DNA of 20,515 nucleotides from NCBI GenBank assembly GCA_002189035.1, contig NEEC01000239.1, forward strand, positions 1-20,515. Reading direction: 5' to 3'. This document shows positions 7,399-20,192 of this stretch, one piece after another (within the stretch, counting starts at the first letter, position 1; every line of letters begins with the position of its first letter). This stretch comes from Utricularia gibba. Taxonomy: Eukaryota; Plantae; Magnoliophyta. The notes below the pieces were generated by a model that did not search any database, was not told the origin of the DNA, and saw only the letters and a program-made list of their open reading frames with translations. The position numbers were made by a program, and so were the translations under genes.

Positions 7399-8258
7399 GG
7401 GCTGGGGGTCGCGCCGGGCATGAGCCCAAAGTCAGTTTTAGCCCGGCGAAAAAAGGGATGCATTTCTTAGCGTTGGGTTATCACGAGCCGCCTAATTTTT
7501 TTTCGTGGAACACCATCTAGTTTTGTGGGGGGGCGCTCTCGAGGGGCCCTTGGCTTGGGCCCCGGGTTCGGTCTGGCTGATGAGCCCACTCTGGTCCCAC
7601 TCGGCGAAAATCGTGACACATTTGTTGAAATTAGGATGTCACGTGCACCCAACACGGTTTTTTCAACAACACGCTTTATACTTGTGGAGACGCTCTCGGG
7701 GGGCACTCGAATCTTCCCATACGTCGTACCAGGCTCGAGCGTAAAGTCATTGTAGCCCGGCAAAGAAAGTGATGCATTTATTAACTTTGGGTTGTCACGA
7801 GCCGCCTAAATGGTTTTCCATGGAACACCTTCTAGTTTTGGGGGGAGGGGAGCGGGCGCTGCGCCTCGTCCGGGCCCCGGGAGCCCGGTCCCGTCCGACT
7901 CGACGAAAATCGTGATGCATTTGTTGAAGTTAGGATGTCACGAGAACCGCACACGGTTTTTTTCAACAACACACTTTATACTTAAGGAGGAGCTCTCGGG
8001 GGGGCACCCTGATCGAGCCGGAGGTCGTGCCGAACTCAGGCCCAAAGTCAGCAGTAGCGCGCCAAAAAAAGTGATGCATTTATTAACGTTGGGTTGTGAC
8101 GAGACGCGTATATGGTTTTTGAAGGAACACCTCCTCGTATTGAGGCGGGCGCTCTCGAGGGGCCCTTGGCCCGGGCCCCGGGTTCGGACGGGCTCATGGG
8201 CCCACTCGACGAAAATCATGATGCATTTGTTGAAATTGGGATGTCACGTGCACCCCAC
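7399..8258 (+). repeat. Embedded A/B satellite block, unit 4
   Basis: Same as 403-1260. Confidence 0.9.
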
Positions 8259-8528
8259 ATTTGTTGAGCGAGGACGGCCAATTTTAGAGACTCGATGGGC
8301 CATTCTTCGATCAGCGTCCTACTATCTAGTTCAAACTCAAAGTCACATTATTCTTGCACAATTTCGTATGAATGAATATGGGATATGATCCGTTGGAAGC
8401 CCAAGTGTTAGAGAATTTTACTGAATCTGCTGAGCAAGGGGTTGTGAGTTCATAACAGCTGTTGAAACCTCTCCAGGGTGGTGTGCGTGGCGTGATGAGC
8501 TTTCTACAATGACAAAAAAAATATTTTT

Positions 8529-9427
8529 ATAATCATGTGATATATGTTTATTAAAATATAAATAATGTAAATACGTTAGTTATTAAAGCATATACTACAT
8601 GTGAAAGTTTCTTAGTTTTTAATTTTATTAGCATTCGACCCTTAGTTATACTTTGGATGGAGTGTGCATTTTTATTTTAATCATTTTAATTAGCATTCGA
8701 TCCTTGGTTAAGATTCCAATCGAGTGTATATTTTTTATTTGAACGATTCTATTTGCATTCGATTCTAAGATATGATGCGGATCGAGCGTATATTTTTTAT
8801 TTTAATATTTTTATTGGCTTTCGGTCTTTAGACATGATTCGGATCGAGTGGAGATGGTTTACTTGAAACTTGTGTTAACGCTCGATCCTTAGGAGCAATG
8901 TGGAGCGTGTTTACATTGCAAGGGCACACGGGCGTGGGTTGTGCGTAAACCACGCCCGTGTGGCATGGCATTGTAATGTATACACGTTCTAAATTGCTCC
9001 TAACGGTGGAACGCTAATTAAGATTTAAAATAAATGAATATGCACTCGATCCAAAGTATACCTAAGGATCTAAGGCTAATAAAAATATGAGAGTGAAAAA
9101 TATACGCTCGATCCGCAGCATACCTAACGTTCGAATGCTAATAAAAAATATTAAAATAAAAAATACGCGCTCGATCCGCATTATACTTAAGGATCGAATG
9201 ATAATAAAAATATTTAAAGTAAAAAAATAGCAAATATGATCTGAATCATAACCAAGGATCGAATGCTAATTAAATTGACTAAAGTAAAAATACACACTCC
9301 ATCCAAAGTACAACTGAGGATCAAATGGTAATAATTAAGTCAAAGAAGCTTTCACAGTTATCCTACGGTTTAATAAATAATGTATTTCAATTATTTATAA
9401 TTTAATAAACCTATATCATATGATTAT
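8529..9427. mobile_element. Foldback element, copy 4 (899 bp)
   Basis: Same structure as 1530-2424. Confidence 0.75.
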
Positions 9428-9733
9428 GATTAGAGATGGGCCTGGGTTGGATCCATTCAGGTTCGGACCCAACCCGATGAAATTCTGGGTATTACAGTTT
9501 GCATGACCCATGGGGTTGTCTTTCTGTTCAACCCGAACGGGTTAAACCCTACGGGTTTTGATTGGGCCCGAACCGAACCAAGGGTTTATCAATTTTATTT
9601 TTTATTTTTGGCTTATTGTATTTTATGGTTGTTTTTCTTTTTTTCCACGGCCGTATGGCCTTGTGGCTGCTGCTCGAGCACGCGGGCATTAACCAAGCCC
9701 ATGTGGCCTCGTGGTGCTGCTGCGTATGCACAC

Positions 9734-10593
9734 GGGCTGGGGGTCGCGCCGGGCATGAGCCCAAAGTCAGTTTTAGCCCGGCGAAAAAAGGGATGCATTT
9801 CTTAGCGTTGGGTTATCACGAGCCGCCTAATTTTTTTTCGTGGAACACCATCTAGTTTTGTGGGGGGCGCTCTCGAGGGGCCCTTGGCTTGGGCCCCGGG
9901 TTCGGTCTGGCTGATGAGCCCACTCTGGTCCCACTCGGCGAAAATCGTGACACATTTGTTGAAATTAGGATGTCACGTGCACCCAACACGGTTTTTTCAA
10001 CAACACGCTTTATACTTGTGGAGACGCTCTCGGGGGGCACTCGAATCTTCCCATACGTCGTACCAGGCTCGAGCGTAAAGTCATTGTAGCCCGGCAAAGA
10101 AAGTGATGCATTTATTAACTTTGGGTTGTCACGAGCCGCCTAAATGGTTTTCCATGGAACACCTTCTAGTTTTGGGGGGGAGGGGAGCGGGCGCTGCGCC
10201 TCGTCCGGGCCCCGGGAGCCCGGTCCCGTCCGACTCGACGAAAATCGTGATGCATTTGTTGAAGTTAGGATGTCACGAGAACCGCACACGGTTTTTTTCA
10301 ACAACACACTTTATACTTAAGGAGGAGCTCTCGGTGGGGCACCCTGATCGAGCCGGAGGTCGTGCCGAACTCAGGCCCAAAGTCAGCAGTAGCGCGCCAA
10401 AAAAAGTGATGCATTTATTAACGTTGGGTTGTGACGAGACGCGTATATGGTTTTTGAAGGAACACCTCCTCGTATTGAGGCGGGCGCTCTCGAGGGGCCC
10501 TTGGCCCGGGCCCCGGGTTCGGACGGGCTCATGGGCCCACTCGACGAAAATCATGATGCATTTGTTGAAATTGGGATGTCACGTGCACCCCAC
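9734..10593 (+). repeat. Embedded A/B satellite block, unit 5
   Basis: Same as 403-1260. Confidence 0.9.
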
Positions 10594-10863
10594 ATTTGTT
10601 GAGCGAGGACGGCCAATTTTAGAGACTCGATGGGCCATTCTTCGATCAGCGTCCTACTATCTAGTTCAAACTCAAAGTCACATTATTCTTGCACAATTTC
10701 GTATGAATGAATATGGGATATGATCCGTTGGAAGCCCAAGTGTTAGAGAATTTTACTGAATCTGCTGAGCAAGGGGTTGTGAGTTCATAACAGCTGTTGA
10801 AACCTCTCCAGGGTGGTGTGCGTGGCGTGATGAGCTTTCTACAATGACAAAAAAAATATTTTT

Positions 10864-11762
10864 ATAATCATGTGATATATGTTTATTAAAATATAAATAA
10901 TGTAAATACGTTAGTTATTAAAGCATATACTACATGTGAAAGTTTCTTAGTTTTTAATTTTATTAGCATTCGACCCTTAGTTATACTTTGGATGGAGTGT
11001 GCATTTTTATTTTAATCATTTTAATTAGCATTCGATCCTTGGTTAAGATTCCAATCGAGTGTATATTTTTTATTTGAACGATTCTATTTGCATTCGATTC
11101 TAAGATATGATGCGGATCGAGCGTATATTTTTTATTTTAATATTTTTATTGGCTTTCGGTCTTTAGACATGATTCGGATCGAGTGGAGATGGTTTACTTG
11201 AAACTTGTGTTAACGCTCGATCCTTAGGAGCAATGTGGAGCGTGTTTACATTGCAAGGGCACACGGGCGTGGGTTGTGCGTAAACCACGCCCGTGTGGCA
11301 TGGCATTGTAATGTATACACGTTCTAAATTGCTCCTAACGGTGGAACGCTAATTAAGATTTAAAATAAATGAATATGCACTCGATCCAAAGTATACCTAA
11401 GGATCTAAGGCTAATAAAAATATGAGAGTGAAAAATATACGCTCGATCCGCAGCATACCTAACGTTCGAATGCTAATAAAAAATATTAAAATAAAAAATA
11501 CGCGCTCGATCCGCATTATACTTAAGGATCGAATGATAATAAAAATATTTAAAGTAAAAAAATAGCAAATATGATCTGAATCATAACCAAGGATCGAATG
11601 CTAATTAAATTGACTAAAGTAAAAATACACACTCCATCCAAAGTACAACTGAGGATCAAATGGTAATAATTAAGTCAAAGAAGCTTTCACAGTTATCCTA
11701 CGGTTTAATAAATAATGTATTTCAATTATTTATAATTTAATAAACCTATATCATATGATTAT
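10864..11762. mobile_element. Foldback element, copy 5 (899 bp)
   Basis: Same structure as 1530-2424. Confidence 0.75.
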
Positions 11763-12068
11763 GATTAGAGATGGGCCTGGGTTGGATCCATTCAGGTTCG
11801 GACCCAACCCGATGAAATTCTGGGTATTACAGTTTGCATGACCCATGGGGTTGTCTTTCTGTTCAACCCGAACGGGTTAAACCCTACGGGTTTTGATTGG
11901 GCCCGAACCGAACCAAGGGTTTATCAATTTTATTTTTTATTTTTGGCTTATTGTATTTTATGGTTGTTTTTCTTTTTTTCCACGGCCGTATGGCCTTGTG
12001 GCTGCTGCTCGAGCACGCGGGCATTAACCAAGCCCATGTGGCCTCGTGGTGCTGCTGCGTATGCACAC

Positions 12069-12927
12069 GGGCTGGGGGTCGCGCCGGGCATGAGCCCAAA
12101 GTCAGTTTTAGCCCGGCGAAAAAAGGGATGCATTTCTTAGCGTTGGGTTATCACGAGCCGCCTAATTTTTTTTCGTGGAACACCATCTAGTTTTGTGGGG
12201 GGGCGCTCTCGAGGGGCCCTTGGCTTGGGCCCCGGGTTCGGTCTGGCTGATGAGCCCACTCTGGTCCCACTCGGCGAAAATCGTGACACATTTGTTGAAA
12301 TTAGGATGTCACGTGCACCCAACACGGTTTTTTCAACAACACGCTTTATACTTGTGGAGACGCTCTCGGGGGGACTCGAATCTTCCCATACGTCGTACCA
12401 GGCTCGAGCGTAAAGTCATTGTAGCCCGGCAAAGAAAGTGATGCATTTATTAACTTTGGGTTGTCACGAGCCGCCTAAATGGTTTTCCATGGAACACCTT
12501 CTAGTTTTGGGGGGAGGGGAGCGGGCGCTGCGCCTCGTCCGGGCCCCGGGAGCCCGGTCCCGTCCGACTCGACGAAAATCGTGATGCATTTGTTGAAGTT
12601 AGGATGTCACGAGAACCGCACACGGTTTTTTTCAACAACACACTTTATACTTAAGGAGGAGCTCTCGGTGGGGCACCCTGATCGAGCCGGAGGTCGTGCC
12701 GAACTCAGGCCCAAAGTCAGCAGTAGCGCGCCAAAAAAAGTGATGCATTTATTAACGTTGGGTTGTGACGAGACGCGTATATGGTTTTTGAAGGAACACC
12801 TCCTCGTATTGAGGCGGGCGCTCTCGAGGGGCCCTTGGCCCGGGCCCCGGGTTCGGACGGGCTCATGGGCCCACTCGACGAAAATCATGATGCATTTGTT
12901 GAAATTGGGATGTCACGTGCACCCCAC
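12069..12927 (+). repeat. Embedded A/B satellite block, unit 6
   Basis: Same as 403-1260. Confidence 0.9.
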
Positions 12928-13197
12928 ATTTGTTGAGCGAGGACGGCCAATTTTAGAGACTCGATGGGCCATTCTTCGATCAGCGTCCTACTATCTAGTT
13001 CAAACTCAAAGTCACATTATTCTTGCACAATTTCGTATGAATGAATATGGGATATGATCCGTTGGAAGCCCAAGTGTTAGAGAATTTTACTGAATCTGCT
13101 GAGCAAGGGGTTGTGAGTTCATAACAGCTGTTGAAACCTCTCCAGGGTGGTGTGCGTGGCGTGATGAGCTTTCTACAATGACAAAAAAAATATTTTT

Positions 13198-14096
13198 ATA
13201 ATCATGTGATATATGTTTATTAAAATATAAATAATGTAAATACGTTAGTTATTAAAGCATATACTACATGTGAAAGTTTCTTAGTTTTTAATTTTATTAG
13301 CATTCGACCCTTAGTTATACTTTGGATGGAGTGTGCATTTTTATTTTAATCATTTTAATTAGCATTCGATCCTTGGTTAAGATTCCAATCGAGTGTATAT
13401 TTTTTATTTGAACGATTCTATTTGCATTCGATTCTAAGATATGATGCGGATCGAGCGTATATTTTTTATTTTAATATTTTTATTGGCTTTCGGTCTTTAG
13501 ACATGATTCGGATCGAGTGGAGATGGTTTACTTGAAACTTGTGTTAACGCTCGATCCTTAGGAGCAATGTGGAGCGTGTTTACATTGCAAGGGCACACGG
13601 GCGTGGGTTGTGCGTAAACCACGCCCGTGTGGCATGGCATTGTAATGTATACACGTTCTAAATTGCTCCTAACGGTGGAACGCTAATTAAGATTTAAAAT
13701 AAATGAATATGCACTCGATCCAAAGTATACCTAAGGATCTAAGGCTAATAAAAATATGAGAGTGAAAAATATACGCTCGATCCGCAGCATACCTAACGTT
13801 CGAATGCTAATAAAAAATATTAAAATAAAAAATACGCGCTCGATCCGCATTATACTTAAGGATCGAATGATAATAAAAATATTTAAAGTAAAAAAATAGC
13901 AAATATGATCTGAATCATAACCAAGGATCGAATGCTAATTAAATTGACTAAAGTAAAAATACACACTCCATCCAAAGTACAACTGAGGATCAAATGGTAA
14001 TAATTAAGTCAAAGAAGCTTTCACAGTTATCCTACGGTTTAATAAATAATGTATTTCAATTATTTATAATTTAATAAACCTATATCATATGATTAT
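13198..14096. mobile_element. Foldback element, copy 6 (899 bp)
   Basis: Same structure as 1530-2424. Confidence 0.75.
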
Positions 14097-14402
14097 GATT
14101 AGAGATGGGCCTGGGTTGGATCCATTCAGGTTCGGACCCAACCCGATGAAATTCTGGGTATTACAGTTTGCATGACCCATGGGGTTGTCTTTCTGTTCAA
14201 CCCGAACGGGTTAAACCCTACGGGTTTTGATTGGGCCCGAACCGAACCAAGGGTTTATCAATTTTATTTTTTATTTTTGGCTTATTGTATTTTATGGTTG
14301 TTTTTCTTTTTTTCCACGGCCGTATGGCCTTGTGGCTGCTGCTCGAGCACGCGGGCATTAACCAAGCCCATGTGGCCTCGTGGTGCTGCTGCGTATGCAC
14401 AC

Positions 14403-15260
14403 GGGCTGGGGGTCGCGCCGGGCATGAGCCCAAAGTCAGTTTTAGCCCGGCGAAAAAAGGGATGCATTTCTTAGCGTTGGGTTATCACGAGCCGCCTAAT
14501 TTTTTTTCGTGGAACACCATCTAGTTTTGTGGGGGGCGCTCTCGAGGGCCCTTGGCTTGGGCCCCGGGTTCGGTCTGGCTGATGAGCCCACTCTGGTCCC
14601 ACTCGGCGAAAATCGTGACACATTTGTTGAAATTAGGATGTCACGTGCACCCAACACGGTTTTTTCAACAACACGCTTTATACTTGTGGAGACGCTCTCG
14701 GGGGGCACTCGAATCTTCCCATACGTCGTACCAGGCTCGAGCGTAAAGTCATTGTAGCCCGGCAAAGAAAGTGATGCATTTATTAACTTTGGGTTGTCAC
14801 GAGCCGCCTAAATGGTTTTCCATGGAACACCTTCTAGTTTTGGGGGGGAGGGGAGCGGGCGCTGCGCCTCGTCCGGGCCCCGGGAGCCCGGTCCCGTCCG
14901 ACTCGACGAAAATCGTGATGCATTTGTTGAAGTTAGGATGTCACGAGAACCGCACACGGTTTTTTTCAACAACACACTTTATACTTAAGGAGGAGCTCTC
15001 GGGGGGCACCCTGATCGAGCCGGAGGTCGTGCCGAACTCAGGCCCAAAGTCAGCAGTAGCGCGCCAAAAAAAGTGATGCATTTATTAACGTTGGGTTGTG
15101 ACGAGACGCGTATATGGTTTTTGAAGGAACACCTCCTCGTATTGAGGCGGGCGCTCTCGAGGGGCCCTTGGCCCGGGCCCCGGGTTCGGACGGGCTCATG
15201 GGCCCACTCGACGAAAATCATGATGCATTTGTTGAAATTGGGATGTCACGTGCACCCCAC
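14403..15260 (+). repeat. Embedded A/B satellite block, unit 7
   Basis: Same as 403-1260. Confidence 0.9.
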
Positions 15261-15527
15261 ATTTGTTGAGCGAGGACGGCCAATTTTAGAGACTCGATGG
15301 GCCATTCTTCGATCAGCGTCCTACTATCTAGTTCAAACTCAAAGTCACATTATTCTTGCACAATTTCGTATGAATGAATATGGGATATGATCCGTTGGAA
15401 GCCCAAGTGTTAGAGAATTTTACTGAATCTGCTGAGCAAGGGGTTGTGAGTTCATAACAGCTGTTGAAACCTCTCCAGGGTGGTGTGCGTGGCGTGATGA
15501 GCTTTCTACAATGACAAAAAAATTTTT

Positions 15528-16426
15528 ATAATCATGTGATATATGTTTATTAAAATATAAATAATGTAAATACGTTAGTTATTAAAGCATATACTACATG
15601 TGAAAGTTTCTTAGTTTTTAATTTTATTAGCATTCGACCCTTAGTTATACTTTGGATGGAGTGTGCATTTTTATTTTAATCATTTTAATTAGCATTCGAT
15701 CCTTGGTTAAGATTCCAATCGAGTGTATATTTTTTATTTGAACGATTCTATTTGCATTCGATTCTAAGATATGATGCGGATCGAGCGTATATTTTTTATT
15801 TTAATATTTTTATTGGCTTTCGGTCTTTAGACATGATTCGGATCGAGTGGAGATGGTTTACTTGAAACTTGTGTTAACGCTCGATCCTTAGGAGCAATGT
15901 GGAGCGTGTTTACATTGCAAGGGCACACGGGCGTGGGTTGTGCGTAAACCACGCCCGTGTGGCATGGCATTGTAATGTATACACGTTCTAAATTGCTCCT
16001 AACGGTGGAACGCTAATTAAGATTTAAAATAAATGAATATGCACTCGATCCAAAGTATACCTAAGGATCTAAGGCTAATAAAAATATGAGAGTGAAAAAT
16101 ATACGCTCGATCCGCAGCATACCTAACGTTCGAATGCTAATAAAAAATATTAAAATAAAAAATACGCGCTCGATCCGCATTATACTTAAGGATCGAATGA
16201 TAATAAAAATATTTAAAGTAAAAAAATAGCAAATATGATCTGAATCATAACCAAGGATCGAATGCTAATTAAATTGACTAAAGTAAAAATACACACTCCA
16301 TCCAAAGTACAACTGAGGATCAAATGGTAATAATTAAGTCAAAGAAGCTTTCACAGTTATCCTACGGTTTAATAAATAATGTATTTCAATTATTTATAAT
16401 TTAATAAACCTATATCATATGATTAT
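15528..16426. mobile_element. Foldback element, copy 7 (899 bp)
   Basis: Same structure as 1530-2424. Confidence 0.75.
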
Positions 16427-16732
16427 GATTAGAGATGGGCCTGGGTTGGATCCATTCAGGTTCGGACCCAACCCGATGAAATTCTGGGTATTACAGTTTG
16501 CATGACCCATGGGGTTGTCTTTCTGTTCAACCCGAACGGGTTAAACCCTACGGGTTTTGATTGGGCCCGAACCGAACCAAGGGTTTATCAATTTTATTTT
16601 TTATTTTTGGCTTATTGTATTTTATGGTTGTTTTTCTTTTTTTCCACGGCCGTATGGCCTTGTGGCTGCTGCTCGAGCACGCGGGCATTAACCAAGCCCA
16701 TGTGGCCTCGTGGTGCTGCTGCGTATGCACAC

Positions 16733-17591
16733 GGGCTGGGGGTCGCGCCGGGCATGAGCCCAAAGTCAGTTTTAGCCCGGCGAAAAAAGGGATGCATTTC
16801 TTAGCGTTGGGTTATCACGAGCCGCCTAATTTTTTTTCGTGGAACACCATCTAGTTTTGTGGGGGGGCGCTCTCGAGGGGCCCTTGGCTTGGGCCCCGGG
16901 TTCGGTCTGGCTGATGAGCCCACTCTGGTCCCACTCGGCGAAAATCGTGACACATTTGTTGAAATTAGGATGTCACGTGCACCCAACACGGTTTTTTCAA
17001 CAACACGCTTTATACTTGTGGAGACGCTCTCGGGGGGCACTCGAATCTTCCCATACGTCGTACCAGGCTCGAGCGTAAAGTCATTGTAGCCCGGCAAAGA
17101 AAGTGATGCATTTATTAACTTTGGGTTGTCACGAGCCGCCTAAATGGTTTTCCATGGAACACCTTCTAGTTTTGGGGGGGAGGGAGCGGGCGCTGCGCCT
17201 CGTCCGGGCCCCGGGAGCCCGGTCCCGTCCGACTCGACGAAAATCGTGATGCATTTGTTGAAGTTAGGATGTCACGAGAACCGCACACGGTTTTTTTCAA
17301 CAACACACTTTATACTTAAGGAGGAGCTCTCGGGGGGCACCCTGATCGAGCCGGAGGTCGTGCCGAACTCAGGCCCAAAGTCAGCAGTAGCGCGCCAAAA
17401 AAAGTGATGCATTTATTAACGTTGGGTTGTGACGAGACGCGTATATGGTTTTTGAAGGAACACCTCCTCGTATTGAGGCGGGCGCTCTCGAGGGGCCCTT
17501 GGCCCGGGCCCCGGGTTCGGACGGGCTCATGGGCCCACTCGACGAAAATCATGATGCATTTGTTGAAATTGGGATGTCACGTGCACCCCAC
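16733..17591 (+). repeat. Embedded A/B satellite block, unit 8
   Basis: Same as 403-1260. Confidence 0.9.
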
Positions 17592-17861
17592 ATTTGTTGA
17601 GCGAGGACGGCCAATTTTAGAGACTCGATGGGCCATTCTTCGATCAGCGTCCTACTATCTAGTTCAAACTCAAAGTCACATTATTCTTGCACAATTTCGT
17701 ATGAATGAATATGGGATATGATCCGTTGGAAGCCCAAGTGTTAGAGAATTTTACTGAATCTGCTGAGCAAGGGGTTGTGAGTTCATAACAGCTGTTGAAA
17801 CCTCTCCAGGGTGGTGTGCGTGGCGTGATGAGCTTTCTACAATGACAAAAAAAATATTTTT

Positions 17862-18760
17862 ATAATCATGTGATATATGTTTATTAAAATATAAATAATG
17901 TAAATACGTTAGTTATTAAAGCATATACTACATGTGAAAGTTTCTTAGTTTTTAATTTTATTAGCATTCGACCCTTAGTTATACTTTGGATGGAGTGTGC
18001 ATTTTTATTTTAATCATTTTAATTAGCATTCGATCCTTGGTTAAGATTCCAATCGAGTGTATATTTTTTATTTGAACGATTCTATTTGCATTCGATTCTA
18101 AGATATGATGCGGATCGAGCGTATATTTTTTATTTTAATATTTTTATTGGCTTTCGGTCTTTAGACATGATTCGGATCGAGTGGAGATGGTTTACTTGAA
18201 ACTTGTGTTAACGCTCGATCCTTAGGAGCAATGTGGAGCGTGTTTACATTGCAAGGGCACACGGGCGTGGGTTGTGCGTAAACCACGCCCGTGTGGCATG
18301 GCATTGTAATGTATACACGTTCTAAATTGCTCCTAACGGTGGAACGCTAATTAAGATTTAAAATAAATGAATATGCACTCGATCCAAAGTATACCTAAGG
18401 ATCTAAGGCTAATAAAAATATGAGAGTGAAAAATATACGCTCGATCCGCAGCATACCTAACGTTCGAATGCTAATAAAAAATATTAAAATAAAAAATACG
18501 CGCTCGATCCGCATTATACTTAAGGATCGAATGATAATAAAAATATTTAAAGTAAAAAAATAGCAAATATGATCTGAATCATAACCAAGGATCGAATGCT
18601 AATTAAATTGACTAAAGTAAAAATACACACTCCATCCAAAGTACAACTGAGGATCAAATGGTAATAATTAAGTCAAAGAAGCTTTCACAGTTATCCTACG
18701 GTTTAATAAATAATGTATTTCAATTATTTATAATTTAATAAACCTATATCATATGATTAT
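17862..18760. mobile_element. Foldback element, copy 8 (899 bp)
   Basis: Same structure as 1530-2424. Confidence 0.75.
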
Positions 18761-19066
18761 GATTAGAGATGGGCCTGGGTTGGATCCATTCAGGTTCGGA
18801 CCCAACCCGATGAAATTCTGGGTATTACAGTTTGCATGACCCATGGGGTTGTCTTTCTGTTCAACCCGAACGGGTTAAACCCTACGGGTTTTGATTGGGC
18901 CCGAACCGAACCAAGGGTTTATCAATTTTATTTTTTATTTTTGGCTTATTGTATTTTATGGTTGTTTTTCTTTTTTTCCACGGCCGTATGGCCTTGTGGC
19001 TGCTGCTCGAGCACGCGGGCATTAACCAAGCCCATGTGGCCTCGTGGTGCTGCTGCGTATGCACAC

Positions 19067-19924
19067 GGGCTGGGGGTCGCGCCGGGCATGAGCCCAAAGT
19101 CAGTTTTAGCCCGGCGAAAAAAGGGATGCATTTCTTAGCGTTGGGTTATCACGAGCCGCCTAATTTTTTTTCGTGGAACACCATCTAGTTTTGTGGGGGG
19201 GCGCTCTCGAGGGGCCCTTGGCTTGGGCCCCGGGTTCGGTCTGGCTGATGAGCCCACTCTGGTCCCACTCGGCGAAAATCGTGACACATTTGTTGAAATT
19301 AGGATGTCACGTGCACCCAACACGGTTTTTTCAACAACACGCTTTATACTTGTGGAGACGCTCTCGGGGGGCACTCGAATCTTCCCATACGTCGTACCAG
19401 GCTCGAGCGTAAAGTCATTGTAGCCCGGCAAAGAAAGTGATGCATTTATTAACTTTGGGTTGTCACGAGCCGCCTAAATGGTTTTCCATGGAACACCTTC
19501 TAGTTTTGGGGGGGAGGGAGCGGGCGCTGCGCCTCGTCCGGGCCCCGGGAGCCCGGTCCCGTCCGACTCGACGAAAATCGTGATGCATTTGTTGAAGTTA
19601 GGATGTCACGAGAACCGCACACGTTTTTTTTCAACAACACACTTTATACTTAAGGAGGAGCTCTCGGGGGGCACCCTGATCGAGCCGGAGGTCGTGCGAA
19701 CTCGGGCCCAAAGTCAGCAGTAGCGCGCCAAAAAAAGTGATGCATTTATTAACGTTGGGTTGTGACGAGACGCGTATATGGTTTTTGAAGGAACACCTCC
19801 TCGTATTGAGGCGGGCGCTCTCGAGGGGCCCTTGGCCCGGGCCCCGGGTTCGGACGGGCTCATGGGCCCACTCGACGAAAATCATGATGCATTTGTTGAA
19901 ATTGGGATGTCACGTGCACCCCAC
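19067..19924 (+). repeat. Embedded A/B satellite block, unit 9
   Basis: Same as 403-1260. Confidence 0.9.
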
Positions 19925-20192
19925 ATTTGTTGAGCGAGGACGGCCAATTTTAGAGACTCGATGGGCCATTCTTCGATCAGCGTCCTACTATCTAGTTCAA
20001 ACTCAAAGTCACATTATTCTTGCACAATTTCGTATGAATGAATATGGGATATGATCCGTTGGAAGCCCAAGTGTTAGAGAATTTTACTGAATCTGCTGAG
20101 CAAGGGGTTGTGAGTTCATAACAGCTGTTGAAACCTCTCCAGGGTGGTGTGCGTGGCGTGATGAGCTTTCTACAATGACAAAAAAATTTTTT

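Noticed and set aside
172-20054. All ORFs in the six-frame track as protein-coding genes
   Set aside because: They overlap in several frames, recur once per unit, change with homopolymer indels, are low-complexity, and show no domain I recognise (no transposase, RT, Rep or Gag motifs).
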